A DNA stretch of 64,000 nt, taken from contig NC_058370.1 in assembly GCF_018350175.1 (NCBI RefSeq), forward strand, positions 2,666,001-2,730,000, given 5' to 3'. The stretch comes from Felis catus. Lineage: Eukaryota. Of this stretch, positions 47,301-60,655 are shown one piece after another. The notes beneath the pieces were generated by a model. The model was given only the letters and a program-made list of their open reading frames with translations, did no database searches and was not told where the DNA came from. Position numbers and translations under genes: made by a program. Each line of letters begins with the position of its first letter. Position 1 is the stretch's first letter.

Positions 47301-48567
47301 TGAATGCAGTCCTTCCAATAGTTTTTGTTTTTGTTTTTCTCGTCATTGCTGAGAAATGAGAAGCTTTTGATTTATTTGGGGCCGAAAACACATTTCTGTG
47401 GGTCTAAGAGTTCAGGGTCGAGGGTCCAAGAAAGCTTCTCGATTCAATGTTCCCATTTATCGGTTCTTCCCCTCCACTCTCTGTGGGTCGGCCCCATCCA
47501 GTGGATCTGGAATGTGAAATTATAAGATCTAAGTGTATTGGTTTTGTATGAAGTATTGTTTTTGACACTAGATAGAGGTTGCAATTCAGTTACATAGAAT
47601 TGAAAAAAAAAAAAAGGAGAGAAAGCCAGGCATTCTCCGGCAGGAGACAGAAAAGTGGGAGAAACGGCGGCACACAGAAGAAACAGGGTTTCTTGGGCTT
47701 GTGTCATCAAGGTTGCAAGACGGGTGTCAGCACAGGGGGTAAGTCACACAAAGTGACAGGTGACAACAGGCAAAGGGGTCCTGCTGGAGGAACTGGGGGT
47801 GACCCTGGAGCCCCGGGGCCGCAGGTGGAGCGAGGGTTGTGGAGTGTCGAGGGATGAGCACGGGCGGGGCCCCAGGACGCACGTGTTAGGGGGAGACTGG
47901 ACCCCTGCTCCGTGATGAGCAAAGCAGGACCGTGAGCTCTTACCTGGAGGGTGAAGTCAGGCCCTTCTGCTGCCCCAGCAGGCCACTTACTTGCACGTGG
48001 AGCTCCACAGAAGGTTCTGCAGGGTGAGGACGCAGGTGTGGACGCTGACCCAAACCACCCCACCCCCACCCCCGGTGCAGCTGGTTCTTGTGACGGGCTC
48101 GTGTCCTGGGTGCTTGCTGTGGGGTCAGGTGCTGGGCACTAGGACACGTTCATCCACGTTCTCTCCACAGGGAGCCCGAGCCAGGGGCCCTGTTATCACC
48201 CCATCTGACAGATGGGGACTCTGAGGTCCAGAAGGCTTATAGGACTGGCTTGAGTGGAGACCTGCCTGGAAGTGACCCAGCCAGGGCTCAGACTGAGAAT
48301 GTGTGCTCAGAACTTCGCACACTGTATGGACGTATGGGGCAAAGACACAAGCCACTGAGTTTGTATGACCCACTCAGCAGCTCCAGTCCTTGGTACCTGC
48401 TCAAGAGAAACAAAACCGAGCCTATCTATGCAAAGACTTGCTTACAAACCTACAGTAACCCCACACTGGAAACAACTGAGGTGGCCATCAACTGGTGAAC
48501 GGGTAGACAAAATGTAGCATGTCCACGCCAGGGAACATGGTTCTTTCATAAACAGGGATGAAATTCT

Positions 48568-48802
48568 TTAAAAAAATTTTTTTATTATTGTTTTTTTAAC
48601 ATTTACTTACTTTTGAGAAACAGAGAGAGACAGAGCACGCGTGGAGGGGGGGCAGAGAGACAGGGAGACACAGAATCCGAAGCAGGCTCCAAGCTCCGAG
48701 CTGTCAGCACAGAGCCCGACGTGGGCTCGAACCCACGAACCGTGAGATCATGACCTGAGCTGAAGTCAGATGCTTAACTGACTGAGCCACCTGAGCGCCC
48801 CC
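48568..48802 (-). mobile_element. CAN-SINE
   Basis: cagaatccgaagcaggctcc...gctgtcagcacagagcccgac...gagccacctgagcgcccc. Confidence 0.94.
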
Positions 48803-48812
48803 TTTCTTATTT

Positions 48813-48852
<40 letters not shown>

Positions 48853-49007
48853 AAGCATGAGTGGGGGAGAGGCAGAGAGAGAGGGAGGGAGAGAATCCCA
48901 AGCAGTTTCCATGCTTGGCATGGAGCTCGATCCCATGACCCTGGAATCATGACCTGAGCCAAAATCAAGAGTCAGATGCTTAACCAATTGAGTCACTCAG
49001 GCACCCC
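48803..49007 (-). mobile_element. CAN-SINE (older type) with long (GA)n
   Basis: gagaatcccaagcag...aaatcaagagtcagatgcttaac...caggcacccc. Confidence 0.93.
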
Positions 49008-49489
49008 CAGGAACCAAGTTCTAATACATGGGTGGACCCTCAAAAGTTGGGGTGGATGAAAGAAGCCAGACACCAGGACCACACATCGTACGATTCTGTT
49101 GATAGGACGTGTCCAGAGAGGGCAAATCTACAGAGACACAAAGCACATTGTTGGCTGCCTGGAGGGTGGGGTTGACCACGAGGGTCTTCTGTGGGATGGA
49201 CACGTCTGAAACTGATTCGGGGTGATGGTCCCACCACTTGCTAACATCACGGCCAATCACTGAATTGTACCCTTGAATGTCACAGTATGTGAGATTCAGC
49301 TCAACAACGTCATGTCGGGAAAGTAAAAGCAACCCTGTGTGTTGCATTGGACGATTCCCTCCCTTCATTCAAAAAACGAGGTGCACTGGCTACTGGCACA
49401 TCCCCAATGTTTCAGAGAATGTTCCAGAAAATGAATAAAACATAGCGTTCCCTTCACATGGTGTTCTCGGATGACATTTCCTGGGAAGC

Positions 49490-50110
49490 AGAGCGCCAGA
49501 GACCCACGCGACGAGACAGCCTGCAGAAGGAAGTGTGGCGTGGGTGCGGGCGGGCGCGAGGGGGTGCCCGCTGCTCCGTGTTCACGCTCGCTGCTGTCAG
49601 GAGCCGCGGCTCCAGCTTCAGGCGGGTCGGCCCCGTAGCTGGACGCACAGGCGTCGCGTTGGCCTGGTCTGAGTTTGTGTTCTCCGGACTGGCCCGCGGC
49701 CTGTTTATAGAGTGAGGGTGACACTCGACTCCCGGCAGGTCTGGCTAACCGCCATCTAGGTGTCGCTGGGCCTGTAGGCGGTCGCCTGAAATAGTCGGAG
49801 AGGCACAAATAAGGGAGCGCTCCAGCCGCACTTGGCTGAAATGGGTCAGCAGCTGCCTTCCTGCGCCCTCCCACCCCCGCCCGGCTCTCTGCCATGCCCA
49901 CGGCCCTGGCAGGGGGGACGGAGGAGGGCTGTGGGGTCCCCCGGGGCCGTGGGCATTGCCGGGGGTGCCGCTGCTCTGTCGACATGATGCCGTCCCTCTG
50001 CAGGAAATGTCCAGACCGTGGACCTCACGTCCTCTCTTCTGCTCAGCAGACGGCTGGCAGGTCGCCGTGGGGACACCATTTACCGCAAACCTGTCGGACA
50101 GCCAGGCCCG
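49490..50110. promoter_or_regulatory. CpG-island-like patch, possible promoter or enhancer
   Basis: Dense CpG in unique sequence. TATAAA on the minus strand at 49704-49709. Confidence 0.35.
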
Positions 50111-52289
50111 AAGACGGCCGTGTCCCCACTGATCGGACCAGACAGGGCTCTTTCAGTTGTGAGTGACAGTGGAGACCAGGAGACAATCACAGGAGTTTGT
50201 AGACTCACATAACTGAAAAATCCAAACTGAAAAGCCCCCAGCCGCACGGTACCTGGGGGCTCCAAGATGTCACAGTGCCGCTAAGCTCTGTTTCCTGTCG
50301 GTGGACTTCGTCCTCAGTCACGCTGTCCCCCTGGGGCCACAGGCCGATGCATGATGCCAGGGCATATGGAAAGGTGGGGAATCTTCTCTCGGAGACCGAT
50401 GTCTGGTGCGTGTCACAGGAGGGCCCTCTCTGGAACCAGGGGGCTGCGGGCCCCAGAGGGCCAGGCCCAGAAGAGGGGAACAGGGTGTTCAGGTCCACCA
50501 GAATCAGCAGAGGCCACGAGAGCAAGCAGGGAAGTTCCTGCCGGGACCTTCCAGAAAGAAAGTGGAAGGAGTACTAGGTAGTGAAATACCACTAAGCCCA
50601 TGGGGGGCCATCTTTCACGGACGGGCACGAGTCTCACGTGGCACCACGTGCAATGTCTTGGCAGGACCTCCTTTGGCCGAGTGTGGGTCCCCGGCCGTCC
50701 TGGGATCCGCCATGGCCTGGGGGTCAGGACCCGTGTTTGTCAGGGAGATGAGCTGATGGGCAGCGAGCCTCAGTCCTCCAGGAAGCACAGCACCTGGGGT
50801 GACCCCAGCACTTGGACATACCTCGATGGGGGTCAAGCTGATGGTCACCATCCCGAAGCAGAAAGCATTCTGTTATATGGCACACGCTGAGTCTCTGTCC
50901 CTGTCCGCACGTCCCCACCCCTCCCACCCACTCCCGGATCGAAATGCCTTCACATTGGCTGGCAAGAGGCCTCTGCTGTGAGCCCCTCACGTGCCCACAC
51001 CCCACTCTGCTGCCCTCGTTCCCTCCGGACCCACAGTCACTTGGGATCCACAGCTAAGGGCCCAGATTCGATGCTGTTCTGGGTTCTAACAGGTGTTCCG
51101 TGTGACCTGCATTCGACCCCCACTCCAGACATGAGCATATGTGGTCCCTGCCCCACTGTCCCTGGATGCCATGCACAGCCTCCGCTCACGGCTGGTCTCC
51201 CCACTGATGCCCTTTCCACACGCAGGATGCCCTCCCTGGAAAACACAGACCCATGAGCGTGCATCTCAATCACGAAGCAGAAGGTAAATCAAAACTCAGG
51301 TTGAGCTGATGTGAAGACAGACACGGGGGGTGCAGGGCGGGGCCTCTCACCGGCTTGTGGGTCTGAGTGCCATTTCTGACCTTGACAAGGAGGTCGGGCT
51401 GGAGGGAGATTTTTCAGGGTGTTTGTTTCAACCAGAAACCGATTTGGCAGCTAGCTCCTTATTGTGTGTGGGTAGGGGGTGGTTTTTGTTTTTGTCTCGT
51501 TTTGCTTTTCCCTTTAAAAGATCTGGTAATGCTACCATTTGGTTCCAAGTGTGCCACAGACATTTGGAAACATTTGGAGACCCGTCTTTCTGTTCTGCCT
51601 GTATCTCCAGCCCAAACAGCTGTTCTAGACTTCAATTACCTCTTGAAAAGCTATAAATCAAAGATGCAAACAATGATATGCTGAAGGTCTTTTGCTCAGA
51701 CGAGCCGCCCTGGGCCTTGGGGCGCTCCACTCACTGGACATCTGTGCCCTTGTTACACGTAATTGTTACGTTTTGAGGGCGAGTGGGGTCTCTGAAGTCG
51801 TCTGTGACATAGCCCTGTTTATTAGCTGAGGAAATCCGACCGAACGTGTATTTCTATCTGGCACAATTTAACCAGCCCTCACTGGGTAGATCTCTTGCAG
51901 GGTGGCATTGCTGTGTTCAACCAACCGTGTCACAAAGGCTGCGACCAGGTTCTATTTGGGGGTCACTGAGGAGCAAGAAGAAATTGTTCTTTGGCTATTT
52001 GTCTGCAACATTGAAAAGGATGTCCTAGCTCATCGAGAACTAACGGGCTTTCCTGGAGCCCTGGGCTACAGACTGGGGGATGGAAGGCACAGAGGTAGAG
52101 GGGGACGCAGCCCCCGTGTCCTGGGGCTCTTGGTTTTGAGTGGAGAACAGTTCTGTGAGCGTGGGTCAGGAAAGCAAAGTTGACTGGAGCTTAGACAGGC
52201 AAGACTCTGCCCTCTCTGTTCCGGGTGCGTTCAGTTCATTGAGGACCCGGTCCCCCAGCCCCTGAGGACTGGACCCAGCTGCAGGCGGT

Positions 52290-52480
52290 GGCCTCTGTGG
52301 TGTGCTCCGAGGTCACTGGATGGAGTCACACGGCCATGCCCGGGTCTGCCTGGGGGGCAGCCATGCTACCCATTTACAGTTGTCTGTGGCTGCTTTCAGA
52401 GTGAGCAGTCGTGACAGAGGTCCACAAAGACAAAAATATTCACTTCCTGGCCCTCGACACAAAAATGTTGTCAACTTCCA
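52290..52480. mobile_element. MER58A hAT MITE
   Basis: cagccatgctaccatttac..ttgtctgtggctgctttc...gtgacagag..cacaaagacaaaaatattcacttcctggccct. Confidence 0.75.
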
Positions 52481-52482
52481 CT

Positions 52483-52711
52483 TTTTTTTGATGTTTATTT
52501 TTTGAGAGAGAGAGCGCGCACAAGAGAGAGAGAGAGAGAGAATGTGAGTGGGAGAAGGGCAGAGAGAGGGAGGGAGACACAGAATCCAAAGCAGACTCCG
52601 GGCTCTGAGCTGTCAGCATGGAGCCCGACGCGGGGCTCGAACTCACGGACCGTGAGATCATGACCTGAGCCCAAGTCGGACGCTCAGTGGACTGAACCCC
52701 CCAGGCGCCCC
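52483..52711 (-). mobile_element. CAN-SINE
   Basis: Full body. Diverged TSD tgtcaacttccact / tgccaacctccatt at 52469-52482 and 52712-52725. Confidence 0.95.
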
Positions 52712-53523
52712 TGCCAACCTCCATTCTAAATGAGCCCGCTCTCGCCCCTTCCTCCGGCCTCACATCATGTTACTCCCAGCTTGCCTGAGAGCTCAGTAAA
52801 CCACACGGAGATGCCGATGTCTTGAGACAAGGGGTGCAACTCTCTGGACGAGGATGTTTAATCCGGAAGGAGCATTTGCCTATTAGGTAAATGTGATTGC
52901 TCTGTGCTCTTGGCTTATGAGAAAGTAAAGCGTCTGTCGAGCAAAGACAAGACAAGAGTTATGACATCCGTGTTTCAGGGAACTTCCAATTTATGGCCTG
53001 CACGTCAATTTGGTTCTAGCTTACTTAACACCCGTGGGTTGTCATTACTATTAATGTGAAAAGTCGAGTCCCAGGTTGTGATTCCCATAGGTCTTCCCAG
53101 TGGAAATACCGAGCAACAGCAGACAGCATCTGGGTGGAGAGAATATGGAGTCTTGAATGGGAAGTCCACACAGACTAACAGACCATTTCTCTTGCTGTCT
53201 CTACATCTCGGTAGTGTCTCCCGTGGAAACCCCATCCTCGTCACCACCCAGACACTGGGCATCCTGGCCGCAACTGCCTCCCAGCCGCCGCCTGGAGCTG
53301 CGTGGGTGGCTGCTTCTCCCCAGCAGAGCCAAGATGTGAGTCTACTCGCAGAGCCATAGGGGCTTTGGGAGAGCAAGCAGGGGAGGGTTCGTACGTCATT
53401 CGCCCCGTCTCCCTCAATGTGCTCGCAGCTGGAGGTGCACAGAATGGTTTTAGGGAGTCCGTGAACACACAGTTGGGCTCTTTTCTCCCAATGATCAAAT
53501 AATGACTCCTTAAATGTATCTTT

Positions 53524-53735
53524 AAAAAAGTTTTTTTTAACATTTATTTATTTTTGAGAGACAGAACATGAGCGGGGGAGGGGCAGAGAGAGAGAGGGAG
53601 ACACAGAATCCACAGTGGGATCCAGGCTCTGAGCTGTCAGCACAGAGCCCGACGCAGGGCTTGAACCCACGAACCGTGAGATCATGACCTGAGCCGAAGT
53701 CAGAAGCTCAACTGACTGAGCCGGCCAGGCGCCCC
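53524..53735 (-). mobile_element. CAN-SINE
   Basis: Perfect 18-bp TSD ctccttaaatgtatcttt at 53506-53523 and 53736-53753. Confidence 0.97.
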
Positions 53736-54139
53736 CTCCTTAAATGTATCTTTGAAAAAACTTCTAATGAACAAATCAAACCCTTAATTTGATTCACATT
53801 ATAATTTAGGATGAGGCGATATATATTCGAGTTAAAAAACACAAGTTGATTTAAAGGAAAATATTCAGCAAATAATAAAATATGTGCAGTGTGGACACGG
53901 CAAACATGGAGAAAGAGGTCCACAAAGAGTTGCAATTTGACCTCATTTGGCAGGTGGGGAAAAAGAGTCAAGGCACATAGCTTTCCTAAGCCTGCCTGAT
54001 GGGCCGTTAGCAGAATTGAGGGTAGAGCCCTGGTCACCTGGCCCCAAGTTCATCGCTGTTCCTTTGAATCCTGCTGATGTCTGTTAGAACATCAGCCTTC
54101 CGAAGCCCAACGGGGGAAGGGCACACAGACCACAGAATG

Positions 54140-54350
54140 TGCTTGCTCCCTGCTGAGGGTGCTTTACATGTATCAACACTTTGAATCCTTCAAACAACCG
54201 TCTGTGAAGCAGGGATTGCTATCATACCCACTTTACAGATGAGGAAACTGGGGCAGGAGAACGTTGAGTGACTTATCCATGGTTGCCAAGCCGATGAATG
54301 GTAAAGCCAGGGAAAGAACCCAGGCTCCCGAGTTCAAATCTTTAACCACT
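54140..54350 (-). mobile_element. MIR (near full length)
   Basis: gtgctttacatgtatc...cccactttacagatgaggaaactgggg...gtgacttatcc...gaacccagg..cttttaaccact-like end. Confidence 0.88.
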
Positions 54351-54407
54351 AGGAAATACCACGTCTTACTTGTAACGAACGTTTGCCTTGAAATGGTTAT
54401 ACTTTCG

Positions 54408-56420
54408 TCAACTTTATTGAGGTGTAATTTACGTTCCAAAAAAGGCACAGATTTCAAGTGAGCAGTTGTCTGAGTTTCGGCAAACGTACATACCCTGAAC
54501 AAGACCCAGAACATTTCCGTCCATCCGGAATTTTCCCTCATGCTCCTTGGCTGGCAGTCCCTGTCCCCCAGGCCCCTAAGAAGTCAGGTCTGCTTCCGAT
54601 TGTCCCGGCCCGGTGGCGTTCCTTCCAGACTCTCGCACACGCGGAATCAGACGGAAGGTACTTCTTTGCGCCTGGCATCTTTCACGCAGCTTGGTGCTGA
54701 TTACTTCCTTTTGCTACAAGTACCAGAGGATGGGTCCCTTCTGCTGACGCGTCATATTCCATGGGTGGTACAGTCACCTGTTGATGCTGGGGTTGTTTCC
54801 AGTTTTTGGCGATGGATAAAACAAGTCTGTTTGGGGGTATATTTTATTTTCAGTTCTCTTGGGTAAAACGGAAGAGTTGGGTGAGGGGATAGCTTTTTTT
54901 TAGACCTGCACAAAACCGCCAATCTGTGTTTCAAGAGGTTTTGTCATTTTGTATTTCCATCCGCAGTGCAGGGAGTTCGGGTGACTCCATCCGTGGCCAC
55001 CACGGAAGAGCCACTCCGGTGGGGGGAACAGGCTTTTCTGTGTGGACCAGATGTGTTTTTCCCTGATCACTGACTACACTGAGCACCACCTCGTGTACTT
55101 ACTTCTTAGCTATTTGTACACGTCCTTTTGTAAAATGCCTAGTCAGGTCTTTACCTATAAAAGTTGCACTGTTTGTCTTTTTATGATTGATTTAGGGAAG
55201 ATTTTTTTTTTTTTTTTAATCCGTACAGGCTTTTGCTCAGGTATGTGTGCTGTGAATATTTCCGAAGCAGTCTTTGGCTCATCTTTTCACTTTCTCAACA
55301 ATCTCTTTTAAAGAGCAGACGTTTTTCACCCCGAGGAGGTCTGATTTATTAATTATTGTAGCTTTCAGATGATGTTGAGGAAATCGGCACTTCTCCCCAG
55401 CTCACAAAGCCGATCTCTGCTGTTTTCCTCTACAAGATTTATAGTTTTAGCGTTTTTGATAGTGTATATCCGTCTTGTGTGTATTTTTGTGTATGGTGTG
55501 AGGCAGGGGTTGAGATCATGGTGCCGATGATGATGGTGATGATGATGATGTCTCTACATTCAGTTATTCTGGCCCTGGCAGTGGAAGAGAATTTTTCCCC
55601 AAGGAATTATCTTGACACTTGTGAGAAAAATAACTCATTCTCTCTACATGGGTGGGCCTCCTTCTGGTCTCTGTTCTCTTGCATCAACCAGTTTATCTCT
55701 TTATGCACATGTCACACAGTCTTGGTTATTACAGGATAATAAATGATGAAGGGGGATAGACTGAGATTGCCAACATTTTCTCTCTCTTCTTCCTCTCCTC
55801 CTCCTCCTCCTCCTCCTCCTTTTCCTCCTGTTCTATTTCTTTGGCTATTCCAAGTTCTTTGCATTTCCATATATATTTTAGAATCAGCTTCTCAGTTTCT
55901 ACAAAATGGACGGCTAGGGTTTTATAAAGATTTCATGGGCTGTAATCAATCTAGGGGGACCTGTGGTCTTCACGGAATTGATCACAGCATATTTTCCCAT
56001 TTACTTCAGGCTACCGTAGTCTCTCTGTAATGTTTTCTAGTTTGGGGGGGGAGAGTTCTTGCACCTTAATTAAATTTATGCCTAAGCATTTCTGAAGCTA
56101 TTATAAATGGTATTTTTAAAATATTTTGTCACGCCTGATTTGTTGCTCAGGCGTAGAAACGCCATTGATTTCTGCGTATCGACAGCAGCGGGTACGGCGG
56201 TGCACCACCCAGACCCTCCCCCGTGAATTAGGAGTAGAAGCACTGATCCCCTGGGTGCTGGAGGTTTGCACCGAGAGCTCTCAGCCGGGTCTCTTGCCTT
56301 CACCTCCTTCTTCCCGCACCCAGAGGCCCAGCGTGGGTTCAGTCTGCTCGCGTTCGTGTGGGAGAGCCTTGGGAGCCGCGTGTCCAGCCGCTCTGATCTC
56401 AGTGCATCTCCGCCCCTCCC
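54408..56420 (-). mobile_element. Ancient L1ME-like 3' end plus ORF2 remnant, with internal (TGA)n at about 55527-55550 and (TCC)n at about 55790-55820
   Basis: caactttattgaggtgtaatttac..cacagatttcaagtg...gttgtttccagtttttggc...tgcatttccatatatattttagaatcagctt...ctattataaatggtattttt. Confidence 0.85.
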
Positions 56421-57449
56421 TGGCCATGTCACCTGGAGGCAGAGCACGCCCCCTCGCTTTTCCTCAGCTGGAGAAGGGGTGAAGGACCTTCAGATGACTA
56501 AATGCAACCATCTGAAGAAAGCTGTGAACCAAGTACCTGGCAATCAGTGAGCCCTAGGTGAACAGCATTATTAACAGGAAGAGCCTCCCATGCAAAGAGA
56601 CCCTGCACTTGACCCTGAAGAATGGGAGGAAGCAGAGGAGGATCTGGGCCCCAGAGCCCTTGGTGCCCAAGGCCCGACAGAGAATAGGCTTCCATGGGGA
56701 GCTCCCAGCCGCACCTTGGGAAAGGTCGTTTGTCTGGTTTGTCCTTTGGTGCCTTCTCTTTACCCTGCACGCATGGGGCTCAGAGGAAGCACCCATCCTT
56801 GATTGGATTGAAACTTCCTGTCCAAGAAGGAATACGGGCCACTGTCTCTATGCCTTTGGACCACATTCTGTTTTTGAATCTCTGCTTAACTCCTCTTTCC
56901 CCCCCTGCTTAACTCTTTTGAATGTAAAGGCCCTTTAAAGCTATTTTTGAATCTAATTTTATATTAATCTTTAATGGGACCCAATTTAATCACAAGTCTT
57001 AAATCTCTCACACTGAATGTGCGAGTGTCCATCAAATCCTACTCTGAAACGTCGTTAGGTGAGTTTAAAGAGATGTGCGTCTTCGTGCTCTGAGAGCTGA
57101 CCTTGTCAACCGGCTCCGGCCGTCACTCTCTGTCGGGCACCGAGCGGCTCGCACCCTGGCCAGCACCCGCCTCTGCGGGAAGGGGGAGCCTGCACCCCGA
57201 CGCCACTGTGAAGGTGAGCAGGGGGACCGAGTGAGCCACACCGTCCACTCTCCTGGGTCTCTGCACACAGGTGCTGAGAAGCCTTCCTGACCCGGAGCTG
57301 GGAAGTGTCCAGAGCAGTATCCGTGGTGTCCCCGCTTGTCTCGAAAGGCACATACGGCCCATTGTCCCCATTAAGCTGTGGCAAAATCAGAAGCCAGCCC
57401 TGCGTGGTTCGAGGTGCTCCCTTCTGAGCACGCGGTCCCACCTCCGCAG

Positions 57450-57620
57450 GGAGAGGTTTGTCTCTCAGGGGACACCTGTCAGTGCTGGTTGTCAAAACGG
57501 AGGGGGGGGACACCTAGCAGGGAGGCCAGGGATGCTGCTCAACACTCCACAGATCACAAGACACCCCACAACCGAGGGTCCTCTGCCCCGGAGTGTCACT
57601 GGTGCCACAGTGGAGGAGTG
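57450..57620 (+). mobile_element. MER20
   Basis: caggggacac...tggttgtca...gaggccagggatgctgctcaaca...ccccacaac. Confidence 0.8.
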
Positions 57621-57640
57621 CGACTTACATAAGTCACTGA

Positions 57641-57838
57641 TTTTGATTTTCATTTTGAGTTTTGAAAGAGAGTGAGAGTGAGAGCGGGGGAGGGGGCAGA
57701 GAGAGAGGGAGACACAGAATCCGAACAGGCTCCGGGCTCCTAGCTGACAGCACAGAGCCTGACATGGGGCTTGAACCCACGAGCCCTGAGATTAGGCTGA
57801 AGTTGGACATCTAACTGACTGAGCCACCCAGGCACCCC
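57641..57838 (-). mobile_element. CAN-SINE
   Basis: gggagacacagaatccgaacaggctcc...gactgagccacccaggcacccc. Confidence 0.93.
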
Positions 57839-57911
57839 AAGTTGCATAGACTTCCATAGCAGGAAGCTTTTCGCTCCCATGGATACAGTCTGTGACTATA
57901 ATGTGACGTGT

Positions 57912-58401
57912 TGGGACAGTTGAGCTGATGTGTCAACTTGACTGAGTCATAGGTGCCCAGATATTTGTCGAACGTGTCACCGGTTGTGTCTGTAAGGGGA
58001 CTTCAGATAAGACTGACCTTTGAAGTGGTTGACTGACTGAAGCAGATTGCCCTCCCCGTGTGGGTGGGCCTTGCCCAATCAGCTGAAGGGCTGGATGAGC
58101 AGAGCAGCTGAACTTCCCTTAGAAAGAGGTGGCTCCTCTCTTGCCTGACTCCTTTCAGACTCGGACACCATTCTTCTGGCCTTCGGTCTCAAACAGAATT
58201 GCCAGTTCTCCCTGGGCATCACGCCGGCTGGCTCTCGGACTGGAGCCACACCGTCCACTCTCCTGGGCCTCCAGCTTGCTGACTACAACCGTGGGACTTC
58301 GGCTTTTATAACCGTGGGAGCCAATTCCTTGTAATAGATCTCTTTCCGTATGTATTCGTGTCCTGTAGGGTCTGTTTCTCTGTAGAACCCCGACTAATAC
58401 A
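57912..58401 (+). mobile_element. ERVL solo LTR (MLT2D-like), complete TG...CA
   Basis: Starts tgggacagtt..atgtgtcaacttgactg and ends ctgtttctctgtagaaccccgactaataca. Flanks cgtgt/catgc are compatible with a decayed 5-bp TSD. Confidence 0.88.
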
Positions 58402-59379
58402 CATGCATTGATTTTTTGAATCCACATTTATTTCTGAACACGCTTCTATTTTTTTCACGGCATTTTCTCTCTGACTCCGTGTAGTAGGTGTGGCTTCCAG
58501 GGTTTGTTGTTGTTGTTTTGACAACCAGGATTCCGTCTGTGGGGGACCCAACCCCTGTCCACTCTCCGCGGCTTGGGGAGGGGGCTCGATCATTTCCCAC
58601 CCACATCTCATCTGGGTCATGCCATGGCGATTAGTCAAGGGTATATGTTACTCCCCAAATGAAATACTAGAACCTACCTACACACATAATTTAATAAGAA
58701 ATCAATTTTATGCCCTCGCTGTACCATAAAGGTCAACAGGAAGGAAAGTTATTTATAATAAAATACGTATTTTAAAATGTAAATGTTCGGGAACAGCCAC
58801 CCGGGAACACTCAGGGTCCTTCCCAGGGCAGACCCCAGGCAGAACGGATGCAGACTGGTTACCTGGGAACCCAAACCCGCCAGCCCTGCTGCTGCTGGAG
58901 ATGCGAGTCCAAAACAGCGACACCCCGGTGAAGCCCCACCGCCACAGAACATTGCAGTCTTTCCCACATTCACCCAGAGGTTATATTCCCGGAAAATTCT
59001 GCGTGTATCGCAGATGTTCTGTGTTATCTGAAAACCGGCATCAGGACACGAGGCTCAGACAATCATTAGCAAGCTGCTTCCTACACGACTGTCCGGCTGG
59101 ATGTGTGAATGAGGCAGAAGGGTGCAGGGCTTGTGCTGGGCACCCCTGCACAGGGCCGGACAGCAGGTGTCCGTGAGTCCCCCACTCCTCTAGCTGACGC
59201 CAGAAGCACCTGCTGGTTATTGTGATGCAAGAGATGCGAAATGCCTCCAAGGGTCCAGACACCCTGCTGAAAACCACAGAGTGGGTACCTTCCCTCGGCT
59301 GGAAGTGGAGGCTGCATTTCCTGCTGGGCCCATAAGCGGGAGGCTGCAGGGCTTGGGCTGCTGTCGCTTACTTTGTCCC

Positions 59380-59580
59380 ACACGTTGGAAGTCTGAAAGC
59401 CTGCAGGGGTAACGACAGCAAGCTGAGACCTGAGCTGAGACACGCAGAGAGGAGAGCATACCAATATAGCAGCCCCTGGATCCAGCTGTACCTGAAGCTG
59501 AACCCATCCCTACACCTAGAGCTTTACGAACCAAATGATTCCTTCCACTTCTGTCAGTGCAACCAAAGGAGTTAACCAGC
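59380..59580 (+). mobile_element. MLT1J/K-like LTR 3' fragment
   Basis: gcccctggatccagctgtacctgaagc...tgcaaccaaaggagt. Confidence 0.6.
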
Positions 59581-60614
59581 AGCAGCGTGACAATGACATT
59601 CCTACCAACATAAAGAATATTAAGACATACGCATTTAGACCCTGGAACCAAAGCTTCCTCCTCTGAACCCCCCATTGCGCACTCACATCCCTCACACGCA
59701 CACATTTCAGATACAACTACCTGGCCACACTGAAAACTCCCATTTTGATCTTAGTGATTTGTTGTCATGCTTTCCCGGGGCCGCATTTCCATCCCCAACA
59801 CCAATTAGTCTTAACAGTTATTTTCACAAAACCTTCACGCATAAATCCAGGGGTAGGTGTGATCTAGGATCAGGCGGTTATTTTTGAAGTCAGAAGGAAT
59901 ACCCATTTCATTCCGGAATGTAGACACATCAACCCTTCCTTCGGAGGATGTGCATTAATCTTTCAACGTGCAGAGGAGACACAGGGTCTGTGGTCTCTGC
60001 CTTGGGGTGGAAACATCCCCACGAGCAAATGGGCTCTGCAGCCTCGACAGCTGTTTGCAGGATGAAGAGGCGTCCGAGGGCCGAGGCAGCGGGGCGGCGG
60101 GCGTGCACCGTCACCGTGTCTGTTGGCACAGCGCTCGTGTTTGTTTCTCAGGAAGATTATTCTAAATCCCCAATACTCCCCTGCATCTCTGCATCGGAAA
60201 AAAAAAAAGGCGAATTCCTCTTTAAAGAAAATCAGCATTCTCGGTTTAACCTTCTAGCGTGATGTGCGTGCAGAAGCCACATCTGTCCCTCCCGAAAGAA
60301 GGCCGCGTTCTTCCCCATAACGCGGTAATGAGAGGTCGTGCCACAGAGTCGCTGGAAGCTGCAGGAGGGAAGGCTACATTTTCTATTCCTTCCACCAGAA
60401 CCAGGCAAGAGATGATGAGGATTTTCTCCAGGTTGTCTCTGCTGATAATTAACCACGGCACAGAAAACTGGAGGCAAGTGAGCATTTTGTAATTTTTGTT
60501 TGAAGTGAAATGCAATTTTCAAAACTCCTCATAAGAAATTGGAGTCGTTAGTGTCCACGCATCATTTTGTACATACAATCAGCATCAGGAAGGAACAATA
60601 CAATCAGACCGCTC

Positions 60615-60617
<3 letters not shown>

Positions 60618-60653
<36 letters not shown>
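60618..60653. repeat. (TG)18 microsatellite
   Basis: Direct reading. Confidence 0.97.

Positions 60654-60655
<2 letters not shown>

Larger units (their letters stand above)
48285..49308 (+). mobile_element. Ancient L1MB-like 3' end interrupted by two SINEs
   Basis: ctggaaacaac..ccatcaactggtgaacgggtagacaaaatgt...gaaagaagccagacac...gggcaaatctacagagaca...cactgaattgtac. Confidence 0.8.

Noticed and set aside
49748-49766. CTCF-like cacctagatggcgg on the minus strand
   Set aside because: There are two mismatches in the highly informative CCA core.
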